Positions 40,911 to 49,623 of a stretch of DNA of 64,000 nt are shown here, piece after piece. Origin of the DNA: Spirochaetota bacterium (GTDB lineage Bacteria > Spirochaetota > UBA4802 > JAFGDQ01); NCBI GenBank assembly GCA_043803405.1, contig JAZDKB010000003.1:32001-96000 (forward strand). The letters are read 5' to 3'. Each line of letters begins with the position of its first letter. Position 1 is the first letter of the stretch. The notes beneath the pieces were generated by a model. That model did no database searches, was not told the origin of the DNA, and saw nothing but the letters and a program-made list of their open reading frames with translations. A program made the position numbers and the translations under genes.

Positions 40911-42632
40911 TTATCGGATTTTTTGCAGATTTTGTTTACACATTCCGAGCATCCGGGTCAGTTTTGCGAAAGTTGCGTTCAGTTCGTTCATCAGGAGTTC
41001 GGAAGCCTTTTGCTGCGGCAGATCGGGATGCCTTGCGAAATACACAAAGACCCTTCGCAGAAAAGGCGTGATCAGCTTTGAAGCAAAGCTATTGTTTATT
41101 ATGTTCAGCATTTCCTCATCTGAAGATATGCCGGAAGAGGTCTTCCGTTTTATATCTTCTATTGCCGCGATCGCTTTATTTACTGCATCCAGAAGGACAA
41201 CCGGCTTTTTAATGCTGCCGCTCTTATTGCCAAGCTCAGCTTTCAGAATCTGATCCGGAGTGCGCGGCTGCGTTTTCGTCGACTGTAATATCTCCCCGAG
41301 CGGCGTTTCCACCGTGTTCTCTATCCTGGCTCCGCCCTCTGTAGCATTAATTACAGGAATGTTAACCCTGGCTGCGGAATCCCTGAACCAGTTCCTGTAA
41401 ATATCAAAAACAAAGTCCGTGACTACCTTTCCTTTGCCTTTATATCCTTCTATATATTTTATCTTTCTCTTACGGATCACCCTCTGGTTTATTGTTTCTA
41501 GGTTAAGGAACCTGGATGTTTTCGGCAGCCATTCGTCGTTATGATATGTGCCCGAGCAGTGTATTTCCCTGCCTGTATACGCGAGATCCTGGCCTAAAAG
41601 CACAATTGAACTGCACCCGAGATTAAGGAGCAGGTCGAAAACGCTGGTAGCAACCGATCCGCCGGACTGGATATCACCCACAGCACCCGTAAACTCCTCC
41701 ATCCAGTCCCATATTGGAGTTGTCTCCCTTTTCACATTGCCATTTTTATCGCTGTAATACTTTGTGGTAGTGCTTAATATCTTTTCACCCGGATATGATC
41801 CGACCAGCCTCGGATAACATACCATATCCGCAAGGAGTACAGACCCGCTTTCCATGATACCGAGAAAATGCTTTAGGCTGTATTTCTGCGAATCGAGCGT
41901 CATTACAATATGCGGAACTACGCCCATCCTGTGCAGCACTTTAAACGCGGTATCCACGCAAACAATAAGCGCCCTGTCCCTGATGCTGTTAAGGAGCCGC
42001 GCGTTCTTTTTCAGCGAAGGCCCGGCTGACACTATTATGCCCGGCATTCCCCGGAACCTGCCGAAGAGTTCAATGACCGGTGTTGAAGTATATACATGAT
42101 GTATGTTTTTAAATATATGACTGATCCAGTTCTCTTCAAATTCAAACCTGGTGAGGAGATCGCTTACCTTGGATCCTATGTATTCTTTTATACCTTTTAA
42201 CACAGCATCGTAAAATTCCCTGTTCAGGGAATACGACGGCCTGTGAATATAAGTGGAAGCTCCCTTTATTGTTGAAATATCTATTTGTTCAAACACAGCA
42301 GGGAGATCCGCTGTTGATGTTACTGTTGAGATATCCTTAATAGCGCCCGGATTATTTAAGCGCGCCAGTTGTATCACTTCAGCATCTTTTTCAATTATGA
42401 TTATTAAATGAGCCGGGAATCTTTTTCTAAGATATTCAGCATGATATCCGAGAGCAAGCCCTGCAATAATTATTAAATTCGACCTGCCGGGATTGAATGA
42501 CCCGGCGCTTCTCTCTGATTCTTTTAAAGGATCGTATATGGAATGAAGCCTTACTTCGCGGGAGTCCTCGGGATTTATATATAGAAGGGTTTTTGATCCG
42601 GCCGGTGTGTCAGCGATTTTGTATTTTGCCAT
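40911..42632 (-). CDS. Motility-associated factor (Maf, DUF115) flagellin glycosyltransferase
   Basis: LHSIYDP.KE, IIVSAGPSL, GGSVAT, LLGQDLAY, INATEGGARI. Confidence 0.88.
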   Translation of the reverse strand: MAKYKIADTPAGSKTLLYINPEDSREVRLHSIYDPLKESERSAGSFNPGRSNLIIIAGLALGYHAEYLRKRFPAHLIIIIEKDAEVIQLARLNNPGAIKDISTVTSTADLPAVFEQIDISTIKGASTYIHRPSYSLNREFYDAVLKGIKEYIGSKVSDLLTRFEFEENWISHIFKNIHHVYTSTPVIELFGRFRGMPGIIVSAGPSLKKNARLLNSIRDRALIVCVDTAFKVLHRMGVVPHIVMTLDSQKYSLKHFLGIMESGSVLLADMVCYPRLVGSYPGEKILSTTTKYYSDKNGNVKRETTPIWDWMEEFTGAVGDIQSGGSVATSVFDLLLNLGCSSIVLLGQDLAYTGREIHCSGTYHNDEWLPKTSRFLNLETINQRVIRKRKIKYIEGYKGKGKVVTDFVFDIYRNWFRDSAARVNIPVINATEGGARIENTVETPLGEILQSTKTQPRTPDQILKAELGNKSGSIKKPVVLLDAVNKAIAAIEDIKRKTSSGISSDEEMLNIINNSFASKLITPFLRRVFVYFARHPDLPQQKASELLMNELNATFAKLTRMLGMCKQNLQKIR

Positions 42633-42696
42633 AATTGATCAGTATATTTCGTCCAGGGGTGATTCGAATAATGAGATTAAAGTTTGGTTATCCAGT

Positions 42697-42756
42697 AAAT
42701 CCCCCCTAACCCCCCTTTAATAATGGGGGTGGATCGCGAAGCGAGCCGGGGGATTT
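42697..42756. repeat. REP-like palindrome (AAATCCCCC...GGGGGATTT family)
   Basis: aaatccccc / gggggattt outer IR; inner acccccc-tttaataat-gggggt and tcgc-gaa-gcga hairpins. Confidence 0.6.
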
Positions 42757-42832
42757 TTCATTCGAAAGAGTTAATTAATGCAACTATATTCAGCATAACA
42801 CAGCCCTACTGACTCAGTTAGTCCCCGTCCGT

Positions 42833-44308
42833 CTATTTAAAAGCTTCCTTGAGTTCCTTATGCAAATCGTCCACATCCTTTTGCGTCCGCAATTGATATT
42901 TCTCAAGGACCGACTCTTCCAGATAATAATAATTGTATTTGCCTGATTCGAATTCGGCAAGCATGTTACCCAGGTACACAGGGAAAATAAACTCTTTGAA
43001 TTTATCGTTAGCTTCAAGTGGCGAATGATGAAACTTAATTGCGTCTACCAGGTATTCCGGGAAATTCCACTTCTTTGCCATAAGCTCCCCTATTGTGGAG
43101 TGACTGATCCCGAGCGAGACCTCTTCCAGTATGGTAGACGTTCTTATTTTTCTGTCTTTTGTCAGGTCGGATATCCAGGCTGTAAATTTCGAATCAGCTG
43201 CCAAAAGTACAAGCTTCCCCAGGTCGTGGAGCAGTCCGCCCAGATACGCGAACTCGACAGTCTTTGACTTGCCGAATTTCTGAGCAATATACCTGGCATA
43301 GTCTGCTGTTTTTGTGCAGTGATTCCATATCTCTTTAAATTTTGTATATCTTTTTTCCAGAATGCTGCGCGTGCCTGTAACCAGAAGCAGGTCATGAAGG
43401 TTCGAAAATCCTATTATAAGCACAGCCTCGTTTATATGTTCAACTCTTTTACCTAAAAAGAATCCTGCCGAATTGGCGAGCTTTAATATTTCGCTCGTTA
43501 GCGCCGGATCGGAAATTATCTTTCCTACTACCTGTTCTATTGTGGATTCGGGGTCCTTGCAAAGCCTTAATAATTCCACTATATTCTGGTTAAAGCTCGG
43601 AAGCCCGTCAACTTCGCTTATTATCTGCTTCTTGATCTGGGTTGTGATTACTTTAGGCTTTAATTCATAAGGTATTTCAAATTTTGCCTGCGTGGTTTTG
43701 CCGTCCGTTGATATGTTGAACGCGCTTTCTCCCATCCCTGTATTTTTAAGAAGCAGGATTGAAAGCACAATACCCAGGCCTGCGCCCTCGGTCTCATCGT
43801 ATATTTCCTCATAAGCCTCGGTAAAATCCTTATATTCCCTGGCTTTCTTCATCCTTATGTTTATCCTTTCCATTTCCACTGCATGTATGGGGACATTGTT
43901 CTCAACCATGACCTTAACCCCGTCATCCGTCATCGCAACAGAAAGGATTGCCCTGAAATCGGTACTTTCCAGCTCTTTTTCAATAGTATCTGTGCCTATT
44001 ACCTCTTTCCTGAAGTTTTTAATCGCGTTCGAATATTTTTCCTGGTTATTGATATCCAGTTTAAGTTTTAAAAAATAATACCTTTTCGCATTTGCCTTTA
44101 CCGCATTAGCGATTATCTCTCTTAATATGGTAACAACTGAATCGAGGAGATAGATCATATCTATTTTGGCTAATACCTTGGAAAAAAAAGCGTCTATAGA
44201 TTTTAGCAATGTTTCATTGTGAAAGGGAAACTTAATGCTGACCGTCTTTTCTTTATCCAGCAGGGAGAGCAGGTCGCTCGGTTTAATGTTCTGCATGATA
44301 CGCTCCAT
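42833..44308 (-). CDS. HATPase-like N-terminal domain + HDOD domain signalling protein
   Basis: REIIANAVKAN and GAGLG; DPAL...ILKLANS, LLHDLGKL, KWNFP...AIKFHH. Confidence 0.85.
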   Translation of the reverse strand: MERIMQNIKPSDLLSLLDKEKTVSIKFPFHNETLLKSIDAFFSKVLAKIDMIYLLDSVVTILREIIANAVKANAKRYYFLKLKLDINNQEKYSNAIKNFRKEVIGTDTIEKELESTDFRAILSVAMTDDGVKVMVENNVPIHAVEMERINIRMKKAREYKDFTEAYEEIYDETEGAGLGIVLSILLLKNTGMGESAFNISTDGKTTQAKFEIPYELKPKVITTQIKKQIISEVDGLPSFNQNIVELLRLCKDPESTIEQVVGKIISDPALTSEILKLANSAGFFLGKRVEHINEAVLIIGFSNLHDLLLVTGTRSILEKRYTKFKEIWNHCTKTADYARYIAQKFGKSKTVEFAYLGGLLHDLGKLVLLAADSKFTAWISDLTKDRKIRTSTILEEVSLGISHSTIGELMAKKWNFPEYLVDAIKFHHSPLEANDKFKEFIFPVYLGNMLAEFESGKYNYYYLEESVLEKYQLRTQKDVDDLHKELKEAFK

Positions 44309-44423
44309 GACCGCAGTATGATAATAATTATATAAACAGTATCTATATTATCGTCAATATTTATTTATTTACTTAACAATCTATTACCGGATTCTGAAAT
44401 CTCAATGAAACAGCATAAGAATC

Positions 44424-44661
44424 TAAGTGAGGTAGCGGTCGAGTGACTGTGAGACATTAACCGTAAGACAAAGGTTACGGACAAGGAAATCGTTTTCCTT
44501 ATGCCGTACGTCGCGTACACAAAGGATATTTCGAGATAGGGAGCAAACTGGGCTCAAGCTCGATCAAGACAGGTAAAAGCCCGATTGTAGATGTGAAGTA
44601 AACTTAAGCTCAGGAGCGCTTTTCATGAGAAGAAGTATCTCGTAAGCGCTCCCTGAAAAAA
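44424..44661 (+). ncRNA. Candidate structured non-coding RNA of unknown family
   Basis: Multibranch fold closed by ggtcgagt/gctcgatc enclosing up to five hairpins, followed by a long 3' hairpin; G-U pairs favour the + strand; no ORF; GC-richer than flanks. Confidence 0.5.
44636..44661 (+). repeat. 26-bp direct repeat, left copy
   Basis: tatctcgtaagcgctccctgaaaaaa, identical to 47929-47954. Confidence 0.9.
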
Positions 44662-44894
44662 CAATGAAACCTGCCGCAGACTGCCCGGTCATCGCCAATT
44701 ATATCCGGTAAACATTCCTGTTTAATAGACAAATAATAATAATTCAAAAATAATGTTGACATCATTATAGAATATTTGTCAGAATGAACGATTTTCATAA
44801 TTTTACCCTGCTATAGAAGTTAACTTATTAAATTCTGAAAGTCACTGCTTTAAAATATCCTTATCAAAATAACTTAATTACAACAGGAGGAGTT

Positions 44895-47186
44895 ATGAAA
44901 GACTGCTTTAAATTTTTGCGCGTTTTAATCATTTTCTTAATAATGCTGGGCATGGTTTCCTGCGGAGGCGGAGGAGGAAGCAGCAGTCCCGGAATTACCG
45001 GAGACCCGCCAACGTCGCCCGGTTCTCTCGATACATCCTTTAATCCCGGAGCAGGGCCAAATTCCCAGGGCAAAATATATTGCATGGCTATTCAAAGCGA
45101 CGGCAAAATAATTATTGGCGGAGAATTTAATTACTACAGCAGCTATTCAAGAAACAATATCGCAAGGATCAATTCGGACGGCTCCCTCGATACAACCTTT
45201 GATCCTGGCACAGGCGCAGATGATGTTGTAAGAAGCCTTGCTATCCAAAGTGACGGCCAAATTGTTACAGGAGGCAGGTTCATAACCTATAATGGTTCTT
45301 CACGAAGTCATATCGCAAGGCTCAACACTGACGGCTCACTTGACTCTTCCTTTGATCCCGGCACAGGCACAGACACATATTCTTCTATCTATTCCATCGC
45401 GATTCAAAGCGACGGTAAAATTATTATTGGAGGGGCATTCACAACCTATAACAGTTCTTCAAGAAGCTGTATCGCAAGGATCAATTCCAACGGTTCACTC
45501 GACACTTCCTTTGATCCGGGCACTGGCACAGGTACAAATTATGCCGTTAAATCTATTGCAATTCAAAGCGACGGCAAAATTGTTATTGGCGGGGATTTCA
45601 TAACCTATAATGGTACTTCAAGACACTATATCGCAAGGATCAATTCCGACGGTTCCCTCGACACTTCCTTTGACCCTGGCACCGGAGTTGGTTGGGGTAT
45701 TGTACTATGCGTAGCAATTCAATCCGACAGCAAAATTATTATTGGAGGAACATTCGAAACTTATAACGGTTCTTCAAGAGACACAATTGCAAGGATCAAT
45801 TCCGATGGTTCCCTCGACATTTCCTTTGCTCCAAGCATAGGCGCAGGTTATTATTTAAATGGTATTGCCATTCAAAACGACGGCAAAATTGTTATTTGCG
45901 AACAGTATTCATCCAATATTATCAGGATTAATACAGACGGTTCTACCGACAGCTTATTCAACCTTAACAAGCCTTCCTTTTATGAAAGTATGGATAGCGG
46001 TTTCTATTGTCTGGGGATTCAAAGCAACGGTAAAATTGTTATCGGCGGTTTTTTGGAAAACGATTACGGCACTGCAATAAAAAGCATTATAAGGCTGGAA
46101 TCAACCGGGTCACAGGATAATTCTTTTGCAGCTACTATCCCTCTTCAGAACGAAGTTCTATCATTAGCCTGCATGGCAATTCAAAGCGACGGCAAAATTA
46201 TTGTTGGAGGAGAATTCTCGGGCTACAGCGGCATTGCCAAAAATAATTTAGCAAGGATAAACACTGACGGTTCACTCGACTCTTCCTTTGATACGGGCAC
46301 AGGCGCAAATTATTCCGTAAATTCCATTGCAATTCAAAGCGACGGTAAAATCATTATAGGCGGGTACTTCACAGCCTATAACTCAACTGTCAGAAACCGT
46401 ATTGCAAGAATCAACACTGATGGTTCACTCGACACTTCCTTTGATCCAGGTACAGGCGCGACTAATTACCTTAATTCCATTGCAATTCAAAGCGACGGCA
46501 AAATTCTTATTGGAGGCGGATTCACAGCTTATAACTCAACTGTCAGAAACCGTATTGCAAGGATAAACACTAACGGTTCAATCGACTCTTCCTTTAATCC
46601 CGGCACGGGTGCAAATAGTTCGGTAAGTTCCATTGCTATCCAAAGCGACGGTAAAATTCTTATTGGAGGCGGATTCACATCCTATAACTCAACTGTCAGA
46701 AACCATATTGCAAGGATCAACACTGACGGTTCACTCGACTCTTCCTTTGATCCCGACACGGGTGCAAATAGTTCGGTAAGTTCCATTGCTATCCAAAGCG
46801 ACGGTAAAATTCTTATTGGAGGTGGATTCACAACTTATAACTCAACTGTCAGGAACCATATCACAAGGATAAACTCTGACGGTTCACTCGATACAACCTT
46901 TAATCCGGGTACAGGCGCAGGTGATAATGTAAAATGTATGTCAATTCAAAGCGACGGCAAAATTGTTATTGGAGGAGAATTCACAACTTATAACTCAACT
47001 GTCAGATGCCGTATCGCAAGGATCAATTCGGACGGCTCTCTGAACACAACCTTTGATCCTGGTACAGGCGCAGATGATGATATAGAGTGCATGTCAATTC
47101 AAAGCGACAGTAAAATCATTGTTGGCGGAGAATTTTCAAGCTACAACGGCACTGCGCGAAACAACATCGCAAGGATCAATCCTTAG
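44895..47186 (+). CDS. Delta-60 repeat beta-propeller lipoprotein (14 repeats)
   Basis: ggagg RBS; lipobox MVSC plus Gly/Ser linker; 14 copies of AIQSDGKIxIGGxF...IARINxDGSLDxSF. Confidence 0.9.
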   Translation: MKDCFKFLRVLIIFLIMLGMVSCGGGGGSSSPGITGDPPTSPGSLDTSFNPGAGPNSQGKIYCMAIQSDGKIIIGGEFNYYSSYSRNNIARINSDGSLDTTFDPGTGADDVVRSLAIQSDGQIVTGGRFITYNGSSRSHIARLNTDGSLDSSFDPGTGTDTYSSIYSIAIQSDGKIIIGGAFTTYNSSSRSCIARINSNGSLDTSFDPGTGTGTNYAVKSIAIQSDGKIVIGGDFITYNGTSRHYIARINSDGSLDTSFDPGTGVGWGIVLCVAIQSDSKIIIGGTFETYNGSSRDTIARINSDGSLDISFAPSIGAGYYLNGIAIQNDGKIVICEQYSSNIIRINTDGSTDSLFNLNKPSFYESMDSGFYCLGIQSNGKIVIGGFLENDYGTAIKSIIRLESTGSQDNSFAATIPLQNEVLSLACMAIQSDGKIIVGGEFSGYSGIAKNNLARINTDGSLDSSFDTGTGANYSVNSIAIQSDGKIIIGGYFTAYNSTVRNRIARINTDGSLDTSFDPGTGATNYLNSIAIQSDGKILIGGGFTAYNSTVRNRIARINTNGSIDSSFNPGTGANSSVSSIAIQSDGKILIGGGFTSYNSTVRNHIARINTDGSLDSSFDPDTGANSSVSSIAIQSDGKILIGGGFTTYNSTVRNHITRINSDGSLDTTFNPGTGAGDNVKCMSIQSDGKIVIGGEFTTYNSTVRCRIARINSDGSLNTTFDPGTGADDDIECMSIQSDSKIIVGGEFSSYNGTARNNIARINP

Positions 47187-47232
47187 CATGAAATGCAGTT
47201 TTTGGCAAAGAAGCTTGTCTTAGAGCACACGC

Positions 47233-47270
47233 AAAAAAAGCGCCCTGAAACGCAAGGGCGCTTTTTTATT
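47233..47270. terminator. Bidirectional intrinsic terminator
   Basis: aaaaaaagcgccct-gaaacgca-agggcgctttttt. Confidence 0.8.
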
Positions 47271-47450
47271 GCGTATAAGCAGAAAAGACAGCAACAGGCC
47301 GACGATAACTCCCTTTCCTTCCGGCCTCCGGCTATATTCCACTTAGCATTTACAACCGAAAGCTTAATACGAAAAAGGATATGCTATTTATATACGAATG
47401 AAAATTATACCGGCAATCAATACACTTATACTATTAACCAGATGCAGAAG

Positions 47451-47575
47451 GCCAGCACGGATGCCGGCCGCGAGGCGTGGGACAGGATGTCCCTTACGCC
47501 GAGCAAGCCGGCCGCGGCGTTTGAGCGGCCGACCTTTCTTTTCGCCCTTTTCTTTGGGCGTACAAAGAAAAGGGC
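47451..47575. repeat. GC-rich REP/MITE-like multi-hairpin element
   Basis: ggcgt-gggaca-gga-tgtccc-tt-acgcc; gcccttttctttg / caaagaaaagggc perfect 13-bp IR. Confidence 0.65.
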
Positions 47576-47590
47576 AAGGGGGACTTTCAG

Positions 47591-47800
47591 TCAGTCAATC
47601 ATCTTGCGCAGGGTATTTACATCATCTGAGAACACAAAGCTATTATTTTTGTATTCCTCCTGGCACTCAGCATAACTATTGTAAATTTTATTTCTTTCCT
47701 CTTCAATAATTGCCTTTTCCAGTATATTCTTTATTTCAATCTTTTCAGTCAGTGATAAATTCCTGACATCATCTACCAGGTCATTGAATGTTGTTTGCAT
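47591..47800 (-). CDS. Small antitoxin-like protein (addiction-module component type), apparently orphan
   Basis: TFNDLVDDVRNLSLTEK...FSDDVNTLRKM resembles small antitoxins usually paired with RelE/YafQ toxins; aagga RBS. Confidence 0.55.
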   Translation of the reverse strand: MQTTFNDLVDDVRNLSLTEKIEIKNILEKAIIEEERNKIYNSYAECQEEYKNNSFVFSDDVNTLRKMID

Positions 47801-47928
47801 AAAAGTAATTCCTTTATAATAAGATAATATTACCGCCCAAACTGTTATTATCTTTGTGTAAAATACTAATAATTAAATAGAAAGTAAAGGATTTTTTGCC
47901 TGTAAGAATGCTATAGTAAGTAACGCGA

Positions 47929-47954
47929 TATCTCGTAAGCGCTCCCTGAAAAAA
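47929..47954 (+). repeat. 26-bp direct repeat, right copy
   Basis: tatctcgtaagcgctccctgaaaaaa, identical to 44636-44661. Confidence 0.9.
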
Positions 47955-48113
47955 TATCAATGATTAGCGCCGACCGGCACAGATTATTCATTGACAATAC
48001 CTGATATTCCCCCGCCTATTGCACATATCCATTCGCTTTAATTTTTTTCGATTAACCGCCGCAGGCTATTTGTCGAAATAAAAAGAAAACACACCCAACA
48101 ATCAGGAGCAAAC

Positions 48114-49106
48114 ATGAACAAAAAATGCGTGGCTTTATTATCCTCTATTCTTCTTTTTAGCGCCTTCACAGGCAACACCGCTTTCAGCGACGATACCATT
48201 AATCTTAAATCCGAAGGCAAAAAAGACACATACAAGTTCCCTCAGTTTTATAAAGGCATTTATCTTAATGTTTACTCAGCAAGGAATATGGACAGGCTTA
48301 CAGGCTTTATGGAAAAAGCGAAAAAGAACAGGATCAATACACTTGTGCTCGATGTACAGACAGGCAAAGCAGACACCTGCGCGGTTTCGCAGGAAATCGT
48401 TTCGCATTGCGTGAAGAACGGCTTTCATCCTGTTGCAAGGATCGTTGTGTTCCCGGACGGGCTAAGCCACTACCCTGTAACCGAAGAGTTCATAAACGGC
48501 AAACTGAATATCGCAGAAGCAGCGTGCATTAACGGCTTTAAGGAAATTCAGTTCGATTATATAAGGTTCAGCGATATCCGCGTATCGAAGCGCCTTACGT
48601 TTGCTGAAAAATATGCTTTTATAGAAAGCTTCTTCCGTAAGGCAAGGGCGCGTGTTGAAAAATATAATACCAAAATAGCGGCAGACGTTTTCGGCAGGAT
48701 CCCGCTGAATCAGGATGACGGCATAGGACAGAAGATGGAAGTATTCGACAAGGTAGTGGATATAATATGCCCAATGGCATATCCGTCCCATTATACATGG
48801 AGCGCCAAGCTGATGGCAGACCCGTATCACACTGTATTCATCACTTCCAAAAGCGCAAAAGAAAGAAGCAAAAAAGCGGAAATAGTGACATACATCCAGG
48901 CATTCCAGATGAAGGTCGGCAAATCGAATCTTACTTTCGACAAATACATAGAGGTACAGCTTAAAGCTGTTCACGATTCCGGAGTGCGGGGATACATTCT
49001 CTGGAACGCGTCACAGAATTACGATGTGGCGTTCAGGGTACTCGGCAAATACTACAGGGAAGCTCAGGAAGCGGCTAACCTGAACACAAAGGATAAGTCG
49101 TCGTAG
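48114..49106 (+). CDS. Putative glycoside hydrolase (DUF4015-like TIM barrel)
   Basis: Signal peptide; KGIYL, ARIVVF.D, GFKEIQFDYIRF, IGQ, PMAYPSHY, LWNA. Confidence 0.8.
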   Translation: MNKKCVALLSSILLFSAFTGNTAFSDDTINLKSEGKKDTYKFPQFYKGIYLNVYSARNMDRLTGFMEKAKKNRINTLVLDVQTGKADTCAVSQEIVSHCVKNGFHPVARIVVFPDGLSHYPVTEEFINGKLNIAEAACINGFKEIQFDYIRFSDIRVSKRLTFAEKYAFIESFFRKARARVEKYNTKIAADVFGRIPLNQDDGIGQKMEVFDKVVDIICPMAYPSHYTWSAKLMADPYHTVFITSKSAKERSKKAEIVTYIQAFQMKVGKSNLTFDKYIEVQLKAVHDSGVRGYILWNASQNYDVAFRVLGKYYREAQEAANLNTKDKSS

Positions 49107-49112
49107 ATTATC

Positions 49113-49622
49113 TCACTCAAACTCCAGCAGGAACTCGGACTTGTTGTTTAGCGGGTCATTCTTCAGCTTTATTACAGCAGCCTTATCATCCGGCAGATCA
49201 AAATAAAGATACGACGGCTTGGGCTGCTCAATATTGTTAAGCTTTACATACTGCCCTTTTTTTTCGTCAAGAACCCACTTTTCCACAACAAGAAGATGCC
49301 TGTTGTTGCCTGCTATCTTTGCTTCGAAAGTCTTCTTTTGTGACTCAAGGCCGATCGTAGTGCGGCCTGCGTCTATCTTGTCTATAAATATCCTGTAATA
49401 CGATCTCCTGTCCCAGGATGGATCATCTATGTTGACATCAAAGCCCACAAATTTAAAATTAAACTCTCTTGGCTGAACGTCCGGAACAATAGTATTATTA
49501 TTGACCTGGGTGGTCACTGTCTGCGGATCTTCAACACGTATGTCGGGCTTCCTTACATCGCCGGAAGAACACGACATTAAAACAAGCAAAGAAAAAATGA
49601 CCAGGCTAAATACTATCCGCAT
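49113..49622 (-). CDS. Hypothetical lipoprotein
   Basis: Lipobox LMSC; co-operonic with the upstream lipoprotein. Confidence 0.7.
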   Translation of the reverse strand: MRIVFSLVIFSLLVLMSCSSGDVRKPDIRVEDPQTVTTQVNNNTIVPDVQPREFNFKFVGFDVNIDDPSWDRRSYYRIFIDKIDAGRTTIGLESQKKTFEAKIAGNNRHLLVVEKWVLDEKKGQYVKLNNIEQPKPSYLYFDLPDDKAAVIKLKNDPLNNKSEFLLEFE

Positions 49623-49623
49623 A

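Noticed and set aside
44610..44661. Long hairpin as an intrinsic terminator
   Set aside because: It is followed by an A-run on + and has no downstream U-tract on either strand
44520..44690. Glycine riboswitch (ggagcaa, caggtaaaag), cobalamin riboswitch (acctgcc) or RNase P/raiA-like identity for the structured RNA
   Set aside because: Only isolated short words match; the required cores (GAAG/CTCTCAGG, B12 box, GAGGAAAGTCC) are missing or in the wrong order
45030..47186. Regular ~153-bp DNA repeats as a CRISPR array or DGR template/variable pair
   Set aside because: They are in-frame protein repeats of one ORF; no cas or reverse transcriptase gene is present and differences are not adenine-specific
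47193..47709. ORFs 47193-47675 and 47398-47709
   Set aside because: They run through a terminator and a palindromic repeat and overlap the minus-strand small gene; no protein-like features
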